Source: an uncultured Acidobacteriota bacterium
Lineage (GTDB): Bacteria; Acidobacteriota; UBA6911
Reading direction: 5' to 3'
Length of the DNA: 64,000 bases
Assembly: GCA_963809485.1 (NCBI GenBank)
Contig: CAWEJX010000008.1
Coordinates: 384,001-448,000 of the forward strand
Shown here: in pieces, positions 50,416-60,693 of the stretch
Layout: every line of letters begins with the position of its first letter
How positions within the stretch are numbered: position 1 is the stretch's first letter
Notes under the pieces: generated by a model
The model's database searches: none
What the model was told of the DNA's origin: nothing
Seen by the model: only the letters and a program-made list of their open reading frames with translations
Position numbers and translations under genes: made by a program

Positions 50416-50517
50416 ATTGACTCAACATTGACAATAAAGAACATAGGGTCCACGGCGTTGATTCTCGATGATATAAAACGCCTTGTTTTCGCGGGTCCGG
50501 GAAAAAGCGTGTCTTAA

Positions 50518-50684
50518 TGGAGTACAAATGGAGTACGGTGACTTTTAACGTCCCCAAAAGATACCGGCAATCAGCGATTGCCAGCGGAATTTTCTGACTG
50601 ATCGTAAAATGGCAATCATCTAGAGGCGAACGGAGTTTGCCCTGTAATCACCTTGGACTACCGGATGGAGTACATTGGGAGTAC
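50518..50684 (+). repeat. Five (T/G)GGA(G/C)TAC direct repeats, probable integrase arm-type sites
   Basis: Copies at 50518, 50529, 50654, 50666, 50677 with 11-12 bp spacing. Confidence 0.6.
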
Positions 50685-50707
50685 ACATCTGATTCGCGTC
50701 GATCAGC

Positions 50708-51094
50708 TCAGATAAACATTTTGGATATTAGAGAGACGAACTCACGAGCATCAGAAACGCGCCCCTGAGCGGTCTCTCGATCAGCATGCCAGAAGACGTC
50801 GTAGTCCGCCTTTTGCCGCCATTCAAAATCCTCGATGAGCATCTGGTGATATCGCGGCTCCATTTTACCTGTTTTGGCATACTCTCGCCCGAACGCGGCA
50901 ACAACGGCGGAGTGTTTGGATCCGGCAATCACTCCGTCACGAATCAGCAGAGCTTTTGCCGCGTAGAACATCGCATAATAAGCCCGAGATATCGCATCAT
51001 CGAAAAGCTCCTCCGAAACCAGAGCTTCCGAAGCGCTCACGGCGTTGTTTGCCTTCTTTAGCCAATGCTTGCCTTCGTCCCGCTTATCGGCCAC
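50708..51094 (-). CDS. HEPN domain protein (UPF0332-like)
   Basis: AISRAYYAMFYAAKALL, KHS.V, RQKADY. Confidence 0.88.
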   Translation of the reverse strand: MADKRDEGKHWLKKANNAVSASEALVSEELFDDAISRAYYAMFYAAKALLIRDGVIAGSKHSAVVAAFGREYAKTGKMEPRYHQMLIEDFEWRQKADYDVFWHADRETAQGRVSDAREFVSLISKMFI

Positions 51095-51420
51095 AGCGAT
51101 TTGCCCTCGCGCAGGATATTCCCCAGGTAGCTGGATCCTGCTTCACTTAACAGCAGATAGTGTTCATGGTCGATGATATTCAGAGAAATCAGCGGCTGGA
51201 ATTCGCGATCCCACATCAGTTGGTATGCAATACGATGAATCTTTTCACTCTCGCTTCGGCTCGAATCTCGTACCACGACCAGTACGTCCAGATCGGAATC
51301 CGGCTCTTCATCTCCTCTGGCTCGAGAACCATAAAGGATGACCTGTTCCAGATTACGCCCCAAAGCCATTCCGAGTTTATCTCGGAGTAGTTGAAGCAGG
51401 TCTTCGATATCCTGTTTCAT
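51058..51420 (-). CDS. Minimal nucleotidyltransferase (MNT)
   Basis: LYGSRARGD..DSDLDVLV. Confidence 0.9.
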   Translation of the reverse strand: MKQDIEDLLQLLRDKLGMALGRNLEQVILYGSRARGDEEPDSDLDVLVVVRDSSRSESEKIHRIAYQLMWDREFQPLISLNIIDHEHYLLLSEAGSSYLGNILREGKSLWPISGTKASIG

Positions 51421-51527
51421 CGTTTTGCTCCAAATTTACAGGCATTGTAACATGCTGAAGCTCTAACCCTGATAGTGATATTATGCCGTCAATTCAGCTT
51501 CGAAACCGAATGTGAGCCGGCCGGCGC

Positions 51528-52538
51528 TCAGAACTTGGCAGTAAAATTCAAGCCAATCGCATTGCCCTGGAAACGGTCCACGGCGGAAAACTCATGAAAC
51601 CAATGGAAGTTTACTATTATCATCCGCTTCACGGAAGTCACCCCTGCCTGTACCCCTGCCGCATGCACGCGGTCATGCACAGGGGGATTTCCGACATCCG
51701 CGCCGCTGTCATCCGAAATCTGAAAGCTGCTGTAGCCGGCGGGACCGACTTCAAGCAGGACCGTTTTGTCCTTCTTCAGCGGGAGATACTGGCTTACGCC
51801 CCAATTCCATGTGAGGTCCTGACCCGGTGTCAGATCGAAGCCCCTTTTCTTCCGGTGGATCTCCCAGGTTAATGCGTTCTCGACAGCCATCCGCCGATCG
51901 GCCCAGGGGTACAAGTAAAGCGCTCCCTGGTTCTGGTTTGTCCAGAAGCCCAGCCCGATATTGTCGGCTGCTTCGGCCTTGACAGGACCGACTACCGGCA
52001 GGGTCACGGTCGTGGTCTTGTATTTTCCGGAGGGAATATAAAATCCATAGCCATAGGAAACGTCATATCTCTTCCCGGTCCAGCCCAGCCAGAGCGGTTG
52101 TACAAAGATATCCCCGATATTAAACTGGCCGGTGCTGGCACTTCGGCCGACTCCGCTCACACTGGAGAGCTCTCCGTTGATACTGTTGTTTGAAAATGTA
52201 GGGGAAAAATACGCGCCATAATGCCCCCCAAGCGTTTTCCTGTTGGCCACCCAGATGAAGGCGGGAGCCAGAGCATAGGCAGAAATGTCCACATCAATTC
52301 CTATCGCTCGGCCTCCGATTGTAACGGAACTGATCATGTTGCCGTTTGCGTCATTGACGCGGGTTGTCCCATAGCCGTAGTTGTAGATCACCCCGTAGAA
52401 GCCTGGAGCGGGAACGGCCAAATCGCGAATACTGGGAACGCCGGCAACAAAATGGCCGATTTCACTGGCGGATGCCGTCACTGCTGTAACCGCGACAATA
52501 AGGATCATGGATCCCAGCGCGAGTATCTTGCGTTTCAT
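51528..52538 (-). CDS. SphA/COG4313-type outer-membrane channel
   Basis: Signal peptide, GDIFVQPLWLGW, P.G.Y, NIGLGFWT, C-terminal Phe. Confidence 0.8.
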   Translation of the reverse strand: MKRKILALGSMILIVAVTAVTASASEIGHFVAGVPSIRDLAVPAPGFYGVIYNYGYGTTRVNDANGNMISSVTIGGRAIGIDVDISAYALAPAFIWVANRKTLGGHYGAYFSPTFSNNSINGELSSVSGVGRSASTGQFNIGDIFVQPLWLGWTGKRYDVSYGYGFYIPSGKYKTTTVTLPVVGPVKAEAADNIGLGFWTNQNQGALYLYPWADRRMAVENALTWEIHRKKRGFDLTPGQDLTWNWGVSQYLPLKKDKTVLLEVGPAGYSSFQISDDSGADVGNPPVHDRVHAAGVQAGVTSVKRMIIVNFHWFHEFSAVDRFQGNAIGLNFTAKF

Positions 52539-52864
52539 AGAGACTCCGTCTGATTTGAGTACGTGCAGCTGTTGTTGTGCAATACATGTCCTCGCCGGTA
52601 ACCGATGATTTGTAACAGGCAGCAAGTCTGACCTGGAACGGGACTGGATCCTCTTACCCGTGGTGCGCGGCCCGCAGGAACCTGCCCAACGATCGGCAAA
52701 TGCCCTCGTCATCATCCATGAACTGCAACCTGGATGCTCCGGGCCGCTGCTCACAGGTAAAAATAGCCGCCGGCGCGCTGGGCTGACTACTGCCCTTTGG
52801 GGCAGGTGGCATTGGGAAGGGGTTAGTGATCAGTTATCGGGTCTTCCCGAGGTTTTTCCACTAC

Positions 52865-53695
52865 TTACTTGCTGAGGCGGAGTATGCAGGCTGCGGCATT
52901 GAAGCGCACCGTCTCGTTCTCGTCGCTCAGCCGCGGCACGACGGCCTTGAGAAGCGCAGCATCGCCGCGCCGCCCGATGGCATCGATCGCGGCCGCCCGC
53001 ACCATCCACTTCTCGTCGCCCGCAGCCTTGGCCAGGGCCGCAGCGGACTTCGGATCGGGATCGCGCGCGAGCCTCAGCGCTGCCGCGGCCCGGACGGGGC
53101 TCTCGTCATCCTTGCTTATTGCTTTGAACGCGCCGTAGCCAATGCCCGCGAAGGGTATAAAACTGATCCCCTGCTCGAAGCCGAGCTTCGCAAGTGCCTT
53201 GGGGTCTTTCAGCATTTTCATCTGGGAGTCGACCAGACCTGTCCCGCTTTTCATCTCACGCGTGAGAGCCGCAAAATAGATTTCATAGGCGGCAGCGTCG
53301 TTCAGCTTGTAGAGGGAGCCGGCAGCTGCAAACACCACTTCCGCTGTGCCGGCGTGCAGAGCTTGCTTCAGCGCCGGAATTGCATTCTTCGAACCGACTT
53401 CACCCAGGCAACCGGCAGCTGCGGCCCGCACTTCGGGCTTTTCATCTCCAAGAGCGGCGAGCGCCATCTTTTCTGCCGTCGGGTTCCGCGAAATCAGGCC
53501 CATGGCCTGCATGGCCCGGACCCGCGATTCGGCAGACTTGTTCGCAGCGCCGGCCTTTAGTACTTCCCATGCTTTGTCGCTCGATCCCTGAGAATAGACT
53601 GGGACCATCATAGCCAGGGAAAACTGCAGCGCTAAGACCATCGCCCCTGCTGCGGCACGGGATCTTACTCGTGAATTCTGATCTTTGAATCTCAT
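52865..53695 (-). CDS. Exported HEAT-repeat protein
   Basis: Repeated D....VR.AAA.AL. Confidence 0.85.
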   Translation of the reverse strand: MRFKDQNSRVRSRAAAGAMVLALQFSLAMMVPVYSQGSSDKAWEVLKAGAANKSAESRVRAMQAMGLISRNPTAEKMALAALGDEKPEVRAAAAGCLGEVGSKNAIPALKQALHAGTAEVVFAAAGSLYKLNDAAAYEIYFAALTREMKSGTGLVDSQMKMLKDPKALAKLGFEQGISFIPFAGIGYGAFKAISKDDESPVRAAAALRLARDPDPKSAAALAKAAGDEKWMVRAAAIDAIGRRGDAALLKAVVPRLSDENETVRFNAAACILRLSK

Positions 53696-54086
53696 AAAGC
53701 TCCTTTTCTCTGCGGTTTCTTTCGGCAGGATCCTACACTCTGACAGCGATGAGATGCACGAGGCGGGCCTCCTGGTTTAAAAGGAAAGGTTGATCACGCC
53801 TCCCACGGTATTCATGACTTCAGCCTTCTCCTGCTCCCTTTTACTTCCCATGACACTTTTTGAACCTCACTCCGCTCCCACTCCGTGCGCTCCGACCTCC
53901 ACTCCGCGTTTGGGGATAAAACTCAACCGAGCTGTAGGCACTTATTCATCCGCATGTAACTCGCTCCTATGTTATGTTAACTGGGAACGGTTCTCCCGAT
54001 GATTCAAACACCCGCAAAAGCCTGCAATATTATTACGAGACTAGGTTTGCCGGCCCCGTCGTCGAGGCTTTGACTGGGCGTGGTTT

Positions 54087-56061
54087 TCATGTTCGGCCCA
54101 CCTTGATCGCCCGGACCTCCGCGGCGCGGCCATCTACCGGGATCACGGGCGGTTCGCCCTTATCCTTGACCGGCAAGTTGCGCAGGTGATCCATGATCGC
54201 CTGCCACTCCTTGATCTCGCGGCCGGCCTCTTTCCCTGTTCCGTGGTCGACACTGGCCGAATCCGTCGTCCCAGGCGGCGGCAGCAGGTAGGGCGTGCCG
54301 CCGCGTGGATCCTCAAGCGCCTCTACTTTCGACGTGAGCGGCTTCCCCTTCTTGTTCTTGGGCACCAGGGCCAGTTTCCCCTTGGTGTACTTAGGGATGG
54401 CCACGATGATCGGGGCGACCATCAACGGACAGGTCAGGCTGTACAAGCGCTCGTCCTTGCCACTGATGTCGATGGCCTTGTAACCGCGATCCAGGTCGCC
54501 CAATTCGATCGCCGTCACCGCGTCAAACTTCGGGCGCGACGGGTCGTAGCGAAATCTCACGCCGGATGTGCGCGGAAAATATTCGCCGGGGTGCGCGGGG
54601 CTGTCCACGAGAAAGAACTCGAGCAAATTCTTCAGGTCCTGTCCGGTGAAATAACCGGTCACAAGCGAGCTGCCAGGCGTCGGGTCAACCACCCCGGAGC
54701 CGAGTGGCGCTACGGCGAATACATCGTAGACGGTCTGCACCCCCGTCTTTCCGCGCGAAAGACCGGCGCGCATCATGCCATTGGCGGTAAACCCGATGTC
54801 GGCCTTCGTCGCTCCGCGAAACGAGTCGGTGACAAGGTTGGCCAGGAGTGTTCCGGCGGCGATGTCCGTGTACGTATTGGGCAAATCGCGCGGCGCGATG
54901 GCCAGAGGTTGGTCGATGCGATAGCCCCGCGACGCGAACGCGGCTGCGGTGACTGACTTCTTTAGCACTTCGATCTCGGCAGCAACGGCCCGGTCGCCGG
55001 CGATGGTGTCGTCGATCGAATGGAGCCGGTACGAATCCACCGTCAGTTTGTCGCCGTCCACCGTGATGACCAGTTCACCGAGATTGCGACTCTCCTTCCC
55101 GGTTTGGACGACGGGCGCGTGGCCATTGACGATGATCGCGTCTTGGCAGCTCGGTGTGGCTGTGGCCGCCGATCACCACGTCGATACCCGGAACGTCCTT
55201 GGCCAGACGCACGTCCTCGCCGTCGGTGTAGCGCCCTCCATCCCCTTTCACCACGCCGCCGTGACTGAGCGCGATGACCAGGTTCACCTTCTCCTTCTCG
55301 CGCAGGATCTTCACCATCTCCCTGGCGGACTCGGTGGGGTCGGCGAAGGTAGTGGCTCCGCCGCTGGTGTAGATCATGGCCTCCTTGCCCAGCGTTCCGA
55401 AGACTCCGAACCGGATGCCGCCGCGCTCAATCACCACGTAACGGCGAATAACCCCCTCTTTAGCCAAGCGCTGGAGGTCGGCCAACGTCGTGTCGCTACC
55501 GGTGAAACTGGCATTCGTGGCGAGCACCGCCGGGATGCGGCCGGCCTTGACGGCCATGCCGATGGACTTGCCCAGGCCGGCCGGCCCGAGATCGAATTCA
55601 TGATTGCCGAAGGTCGTGGCGTCATATCCCATCAAGCCCATCATGTGCAGCTCGCCACCGGTCTCGCGCGTCGCGGCGCTGAACGCTGTGCCCATACTGT
55701 AGTCGCCCGCGTCGAGCACTAACACCGGACCTTGGCCTTTGCGCGCCTCCTTCCGCTTCGCGATCAAGCCGGCCAGGCGCGCATATCCGCCCATGGTCGT
55801 GTCGTCGTTGAGCGTGAACGGCGTGTAATCCGAAGCCGGACCCATGCCGATGAAGCTCGCGTGCATGTCGTTGGTGTGCAGGATGGTGAAGGTCTTCTTC
55901 CCATCCGCTGCCGCGGCCAATTCTCCGGGTAGTATGAACGTCACGCCGACGGCTGCAGCACCCGCCAGGAAGTCGCGCCGGGTGAGCGTCTCGCGGGACA
56001 GGACGGCGATGGTCTCATCCCCGTCTTCTGCCGCGGTCGGCTTACTGTCTGTTGTTTGCAT
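54087..56061 (-). CDS. Tat-exported 5'-nucleotidase/metallophosphoesterase (+1 frameshift near 55146)
   Basis: TRRDFL; HTNDMH, DAGD, GNHEFD, GGHSH; C-domain NGMMR in ORF 54087..55061. Confidence 0.85.
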
Positions 56062-56284
56062 TGCCGTCTCCTTGATTTTTCAGAATCCCGATTATTTTTG
56101 ACCGAAACACATCCGGATAGGACGGGTGCGGCCCGGTGGGTTGAGTCAGTGTTTCATACAGTGCGATTCTTGTCGCCCGCGCCTTTCATTACGCTGTAGA
56201 GCACCTGAATGAAGATTCCGATTGTGACTGGCAGCAATCTCGAACCTGTTTTCAAAGCAGCTTATTCGGACTATAAACCTCATT

Positions 56285-56698
56285 TCAGGTGCGCAGCAGG
56301 GACCAGAGCCCGTAGAGTCCGAGAACCGCAATAAATAGGGCGATGGTAATGCTCAAAGGCCATTGGGATATGGAGACTTGCTCTCCTCGGCGCAATCTGC
56401 GCAATGTCATCCAGTGGGAAAGGGCAGCCAGCGTGGTTGCGACCAGTCCGAGAACAACCAGCGCAACTCCCATGTGGATTGCCGCCTGGTGCAAACGCGT
56501 CGTCTGTTCGCTCTGTGTTGCCTGCCGCACGGCCCGGAAAAACCCAATCATCCCGAAACCAAAGGTGGCGAAGGTTAATGCGGTGCGAATCCAGGCCAAG
56601 GTGGTTCGGTCAAGTGCGAGTGAAACACGGAACTTTGCGAGATTGGTACGTTCACCGGCCAATGCGGTTCTCGGATCATCCTCTGGAATCTCGGCCAT
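56285..56698 (-). CDS. DUF202 (YidH-like) membrane protein
   Basis: LALDRTTLAWIRTAL..FGF. Confidence 0.85.
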   Translation of the reverse strand: MAEIPEDDPRTALAGERTNLAKFRVSLALDRTTLAWIRTALTFATFGFGMIGFFRAVRQATQSEQTTRLHQAAIHMGVALVVLGLVATTLAALSHWMTLRRLRRGEQVSISQWPLSITIALFIAVLGLYGLWSLLRT

Positions 56699-56931
56699 GC
56701 TGTCCCCTCCGTCAGACTGAAGCGCAGATTCTCCGAAGCCAGCGGCTTTACGAATCCTTCATATCGGAACCAAGCCTGTCAAGTTGCCGACGCGCCTTGA
56801 TTGAATGGGCCGGGTGTCCATTTACAGGCCCCCTATCATGCCTCCAAATTGCGGAACGTGACACACACATGACTGGGGTGCCGCATACGTTCCCTTTCGC
56901 GGATTTTGCGGCTGAAGAAGACATCTGCCTT

Positions 56932-58344
56932 CTAACTCCCCTCGTCCAACTGAACGTCGGCTTCGGTTTCCCCCCGCTTGATGGAAGCCAGCAGTGTGGC
57001 GTGGTCCTGCTCTGTTTGATCTCCGTAACTCTCGGCCCACTCCGCCAGAGCTTCATCCAGGACCGTGGATTTACCGCAGTAGCCGGCGATTCGGGCTGAG
57101 TCTCCCGTCCGGGCGTGCGCTCGGGCGAGAATTGCGCCACACAGCCAGGCGTAGAAGTTGAACGAGGCGCCGGTCAGCCACTCGACTGGAATAGATGCTT
57201 TCAGGTTCTTCATCTGTCGCACCATGTAATCTCGCCCGTCCATTTCGGCGTGACCCAGCAATGGATCGGAAGAGGCCTGCAGCGAACGTTGTCCAAACAC
57301 CACCCGCTTCCCCTGGTGGTGAAACTCCTCCGGGAGGGGCGGAAGGTAGGGAGCATGAGCCGCCCGAGCGGACTCCTTCACCTGCAGAAACAGGGGATCG
57401 GCCTCTCCGTTTCCAAACAGCAGGGCAAGGTACGCACGGGTTCCCACCGATCCGACACCCACCACCCGGTGGGCGACATCGACAAGTTGATAGCGGCTTA
57501 GCATAAACCGCCGTTCGCGCGACAGACTGTTTGAATAGCGGTTCAAGCAATCAAGCACCGCTGCCTTGGTGGAATCATTGACCCGCGTCAACACCGGCGG
57601 ATCGTCGCGAAACTTCCAGGACCCGTTCTTCCCGCGCTCGGCGACCTTAGGCAGAAGCGTTCGGTTGTCCGTCTGCAGGGCTTTGGCCAGCGTCTTGGAG
57701 AAAACCGCTCTCGACTTGGGATCGATTTTGGCTAAGGGATTCTCGCGCCCGGGATACGCATGCAGGTACCAGACATCCAGCACACCCATGTTCTGCAGAC
57801 GGTTGGCATTGAATCGATAGCCCTCCACAGCCCGCATCACTCCCGCAGCCCGCTCGCGCCGGTTCAGGCCATTCTGGCGCCCGGAAACATTTACGCTCGC
57901 CACCAGTCGCTTCAGGTCCCATTCCCAGGGACCGGCGACCGCTTCATCAAAATCGTTCAGGTCAAAAACCACTTCCCTTTGCGGCGTGCCGTAGAAACCG
58001 AAGTTGTTCATGTGTGCGTCGCCATCCATTACCACGGGGATTCCGCTGATGGGTGACGTTGAGAGATCCGCCGCCATGACGCACGCCGCGCCCCGCAGGA
58101 ATGTGAACGGCGAAGCCGCCATTCGGCCCAGGCGCAGCGGAACCAGGTGCTTCTGCCTTCCTTTGTTGCTTGCGGCGAGTAGTTTCAGCGGATCAGGCCG
58201 GTTCTTCCCCGGCTTCCACTCCGCATGTGACTCGCGCGGGACCGCCCGGCGAAGCGCCTTGCCATTGGCGCGGCGTTGCTCCCACGAGGCCAGCTTGATC
58301 CCCAAATCGAACTTCGGTAGTGGTTCAATCTTCGCTATTGCCAT
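56932..58344 (-). CDS. DUF2252 family protein
   Basis: SPFTFLRGAA, GDAH.NNFG, DLNDFDE, VVGVGSVG, LARAHARTGD. Confidence 0.9.
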   Translation of the reverse strand: MAIAKIEPLPKFDLGIKLASWEQRRANGKALRRAVPRESHAEWKPGKNRPDPLKLLAASNKGRQKHLVPLRLGRMAASPFTFLRGAACVMAADLSTSPISGIPVVMDGDAHMNNFGFYGTPQREVVFDLNDFDEAVAGPWEWDLKRLVASVNVSGRQNGLNRRERAAGVMRAVEGYRFNANRLQNMGVLDVWYLHAYPGRENPLAKIDPKSRAVFSKTLAKALQTDNRTLLPKVAERGKNGSWKFRDDPPVLTRVNDSTKAAVLDCLNRYSNSLSRERRFMLSRYQLVDVAHRVVGVGSVGTRAYLALLFGNGEADPLFLQVKESARAAHAPYLPPLPEEFHHQGKRVVFGQRSLQASSDPLLGHAEMDGRDYMVRQMKNLKASIPVEWLTGASFNFYAWLCGAILARAHARTGDSARIAGYCGKSTVLDEALAEWAESYGDQTEQDHATLLASIKRGETEADVQLDEGS

Positions 58345-58371
58345 GTTGCCTCCTATAAGTCCACTCTGCCC

Positions 58372-59074
58372 CGCCATTGGCGTAGAAGATCGCTTCTTTC
58401 CCGATCACGCCGAAGAGGCCGAAGCGAATCCCATTTCGTTCGATCACGAGGGAACGGCGGATCACTCCATCACTGGAAAGTCGCTGGAGATCGGCAAGTG
58501 TTGCATCTTGTTTCGCAAAGCTGGTATTTGTGGCAAGCACCGCAGGAACCCGGCCCGCTTTCGCGGCCACGCCGATGGACTGGCCCAGGCCTTCAGGCCC
58601 GTAGTCGAATTCATGGTTGCCGAAGGTGGTGGCGTCGTATCCCATGCGGGACATGAGCTTCAGTTCGCCGCCGATCTCGCGGGTGGCGGCGCGGAACGCG
58701 GTCCCCATGCTGTAGTCGCCCGCGTCAAGCACGAGCACGGGACCCTGACCTTTGCGCGCTTCCTTTCTATTTGCGATCAGTGCGGCCAGACGCGCATACC
58801 CGCCTCGGGTCTTGTCGTCGTTGAGCGTGAATGGCGTGTAATCCCTTGCTGGGCCCATCCCGATGAAGGCCGAGTGCACGTCATTGGTGTGCAGAATTGT
58901 GAAAGTCTTCTTTCCTTCTTGCGCTGCGAACAGGGCTCCGGGCAGGGGCAGCCTCGCGCCGGCTGCCGCTGAGCCGGCAAGGAACTCGCGACGTGAGATT
59001 GCATCGCTTGACACAAGGGTAATGGTCTCCTTCCCGTCCGCTTCTGTCGCCCGGTCATTGTCTCTGTTTTTCAT
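58372..59074 (-). pseudogene. Truncated duplicate of the 5'-nucleotidase N-terminus
   Basis: Near-identical to 55075..56061 up to KEAIFYANGG, then unrelated; no GGHSH or C-domain. Confidence 0.8.
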
Positions 59075-59106
59075 AGTTGTATCCCTTAAGTTGCTGATTG
59101 GTTTGC

Positions 59107-59331
59107 TCACTTCACCCTTTCGACGCCCGGCAATACCCACGAGCGGTCTAAGAAAGGTTTCAGCGGGCTGTTGGCGCGGAAATACATGAACCACATCTTG
59201 CACGGGATCCCCTGTTGAAAGCCCATCTCGCCGACGCGGGTTTGGACGGTTTCCTGGGCGCTGGCAAACGTGGCGCTTACGGCAAATGATAGCGCGGCGG
59301 CGATGAGGTTTTGTGTGCGCGAGGTTTTCAT
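59107..59331 (-). pseudogene. Internally deleted DUF1254/DUF1214-like gene (signal and C-tail only)
   Basis: TVQTRVGEMGF..GIP joined to WFMYFR..SPLKPFLDRSWVLP.VERVK. Confidence 0.6.
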
Positions 59332-59346
59332 GGTTGTGCTCCTTCG

Positions 59347-60537
59347 TCAGACAAGAATCTTGACCAGCCGCGTGACCAGATCCTCAAGCGAAAAGACCGT
59401 CAGCAGCAGCGGCAAAAGGGGCAAGGCCGACGCAACCACAAGCGGCGTCACATCTTTTATTCCAAATGGGACCACGCGCATCTCTTGAACGATTGAGTAA
59501 CTGTTTCCGAGATCAGCCAGCGACTGAATATCGCCGCTGCCCAAAAGCTCTTCGCCCTTCGGTGCGCCTCCGCGAATCCACTTCCCGTCAAACTCCTGCA
59601 CGTAGCGACTGGCCAGCGTGCCGTATTCACCCAAGCCTTTTCTCTTTGCGCGCAAGAGCTGGGGCATGAACATGCCGAGGGGGCAGAGGATCACCAGCAC
59701 AAAGAAAGCCACGAACCCTGCAATTTCCACCTTGAAGGACAGCAGGCTCTTCCCCTCAAACAGAATCTGGGTGGCAATGATTCCGGAGAGCAATGCGCCC
59801 TGGGCAAAGAGGATCGGACTGAAGGCGTAAGCGGTTTTGCCCAGAAAGCCTAGCCCGCCTGCGCGATCTGGGTGTGTGGGAATGAGGTCGAGGTTCAGCC
59901 GCGCGACCTGCCATAGAAACCGAAACCAAATCAAGAGCCGCAAGTACCACCGACCCAAGATGAATTGGAAAAGCGGAACACTGGCAAAGGCGTACCAGTA
60001 GCCGGCGAGTGTAAGATGCAATTGGGTATCCTGCGGCGTCGCGTACCAGGTTGCTGCACCGATGGCAAGCTGGCTCCGCCAGATCCAGTGCCCAAGCGTA
60101 TAGACCAGGACGAGGATCCCCACCTCCAGGCCGGTCGAGTTACGCAGGCGCATGGCGGAGTCGATGGCCGCCTGAAACTTTGGCATCTCTTCGGGGACGA
60201 CAATGCTCCGCTCCACGAACTTTAGCACCGCCGGCCGGATGCGAAGGTGGACGATCAGTTCGGCAGCGACCAGCGCGGGTAGCGCAACCAGGAAGCGAGC
60301 GTGCGCCTCGATGTCGTGCAAAAACGGGATTTTGATGGCACCGCCCAGCGCATGCCCGCCAATCAACGACAAGAGCAATAGCGGGAGCCACGCCAAGAGC
60401 GGTATGAAAAAAATGCGGCGGTGGAGCAACTCCAGTGCGTCTCCGGAGAGATGTGACCTCCGGAACAATTGATACAGAGGACCGCCCAAGACCAGCGAAA
60501 AGTCGGGCGATTCTTGGAGAGGCGTGGTTTTTTTCAT
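59347..60537 (-). CDS. Conserved multi-pass membrane protein
   Basis: DFSLVLGGPL, HPDRAGGLGFL, DIQSLADL; multiple TM segments. Confidence 0.8.
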   Translation of the reverse strand: MKKTTPLQESPDFSLVLGGPLYQLFRRSHLSGDALELLHRRIFFIPLLAWLPLLLLSLIGGHALGGAIKIPFLHDIEAHARFLVALPALVAAELIVHLRIRPAVLKFVERSIVVPEEMPKFQAAIDSAMRLRNSTGLEVGILVLVYTLGHWIWRSQLAIGAATWYATPQDTQLHLTLAGYWYAFASVPLFQFILGRWYLRLLIWFRFLWQVARLNLDLIPTHPDRAGGLGFLGKTAYAFSPILFAQGALLSGIIATQILFEGKSLLSFKVEIAGFVAFFVLVILCPLGMFMPQLLRAKRKGLGEYGTLASRYVQEFDGKWIRGGAPKGEELLGSGDIQSLADLGNSYSIVQEMRVVPFGIKDVTPLVVASALPLLPLLLTVFSLEDLVTRLVKILV

Positions 60538-60638
60538 AGTGCACAATCCTCAAAACTCACGTTCCGGCGGCGGCAGGTTGCCTTGCGCGGTAATCTTCCC
60601 CGATAACTGCCATGTCCATCCAGTGGTCGATTGGTTTT

Positions 60639-60673
60639 CCGGGCCGCACCCGGTTGGAACAGGTGCGGCCCGG
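60639..60673 (-). terminator. Hairpin terminator after arylsulfatase
   Basis: CCGGGCCGCACC..GGTGCGGCCCGG. Confidence 0.55.
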
Positions 60674-60693
60674 TGAATTGACTCAGAGCCGCG

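Noticed and set aside
50371-50450. Complete tRNA-Gly gene
   Set aside because: 5' acceptor strand and D-arm are missing
53830-53910. GGA-rich tract on the minus strand (CsrB-like sRNA?)
   Set aside because: No clear hairpin or terminator context; one frame reads GSGVRFKKCHGK*, more like a decayed SEC-C motif
53955-53982. XerD-like arm TTATGTTAACT
   Set aside because: No XerC-like ATAA arm 6 bp upstream
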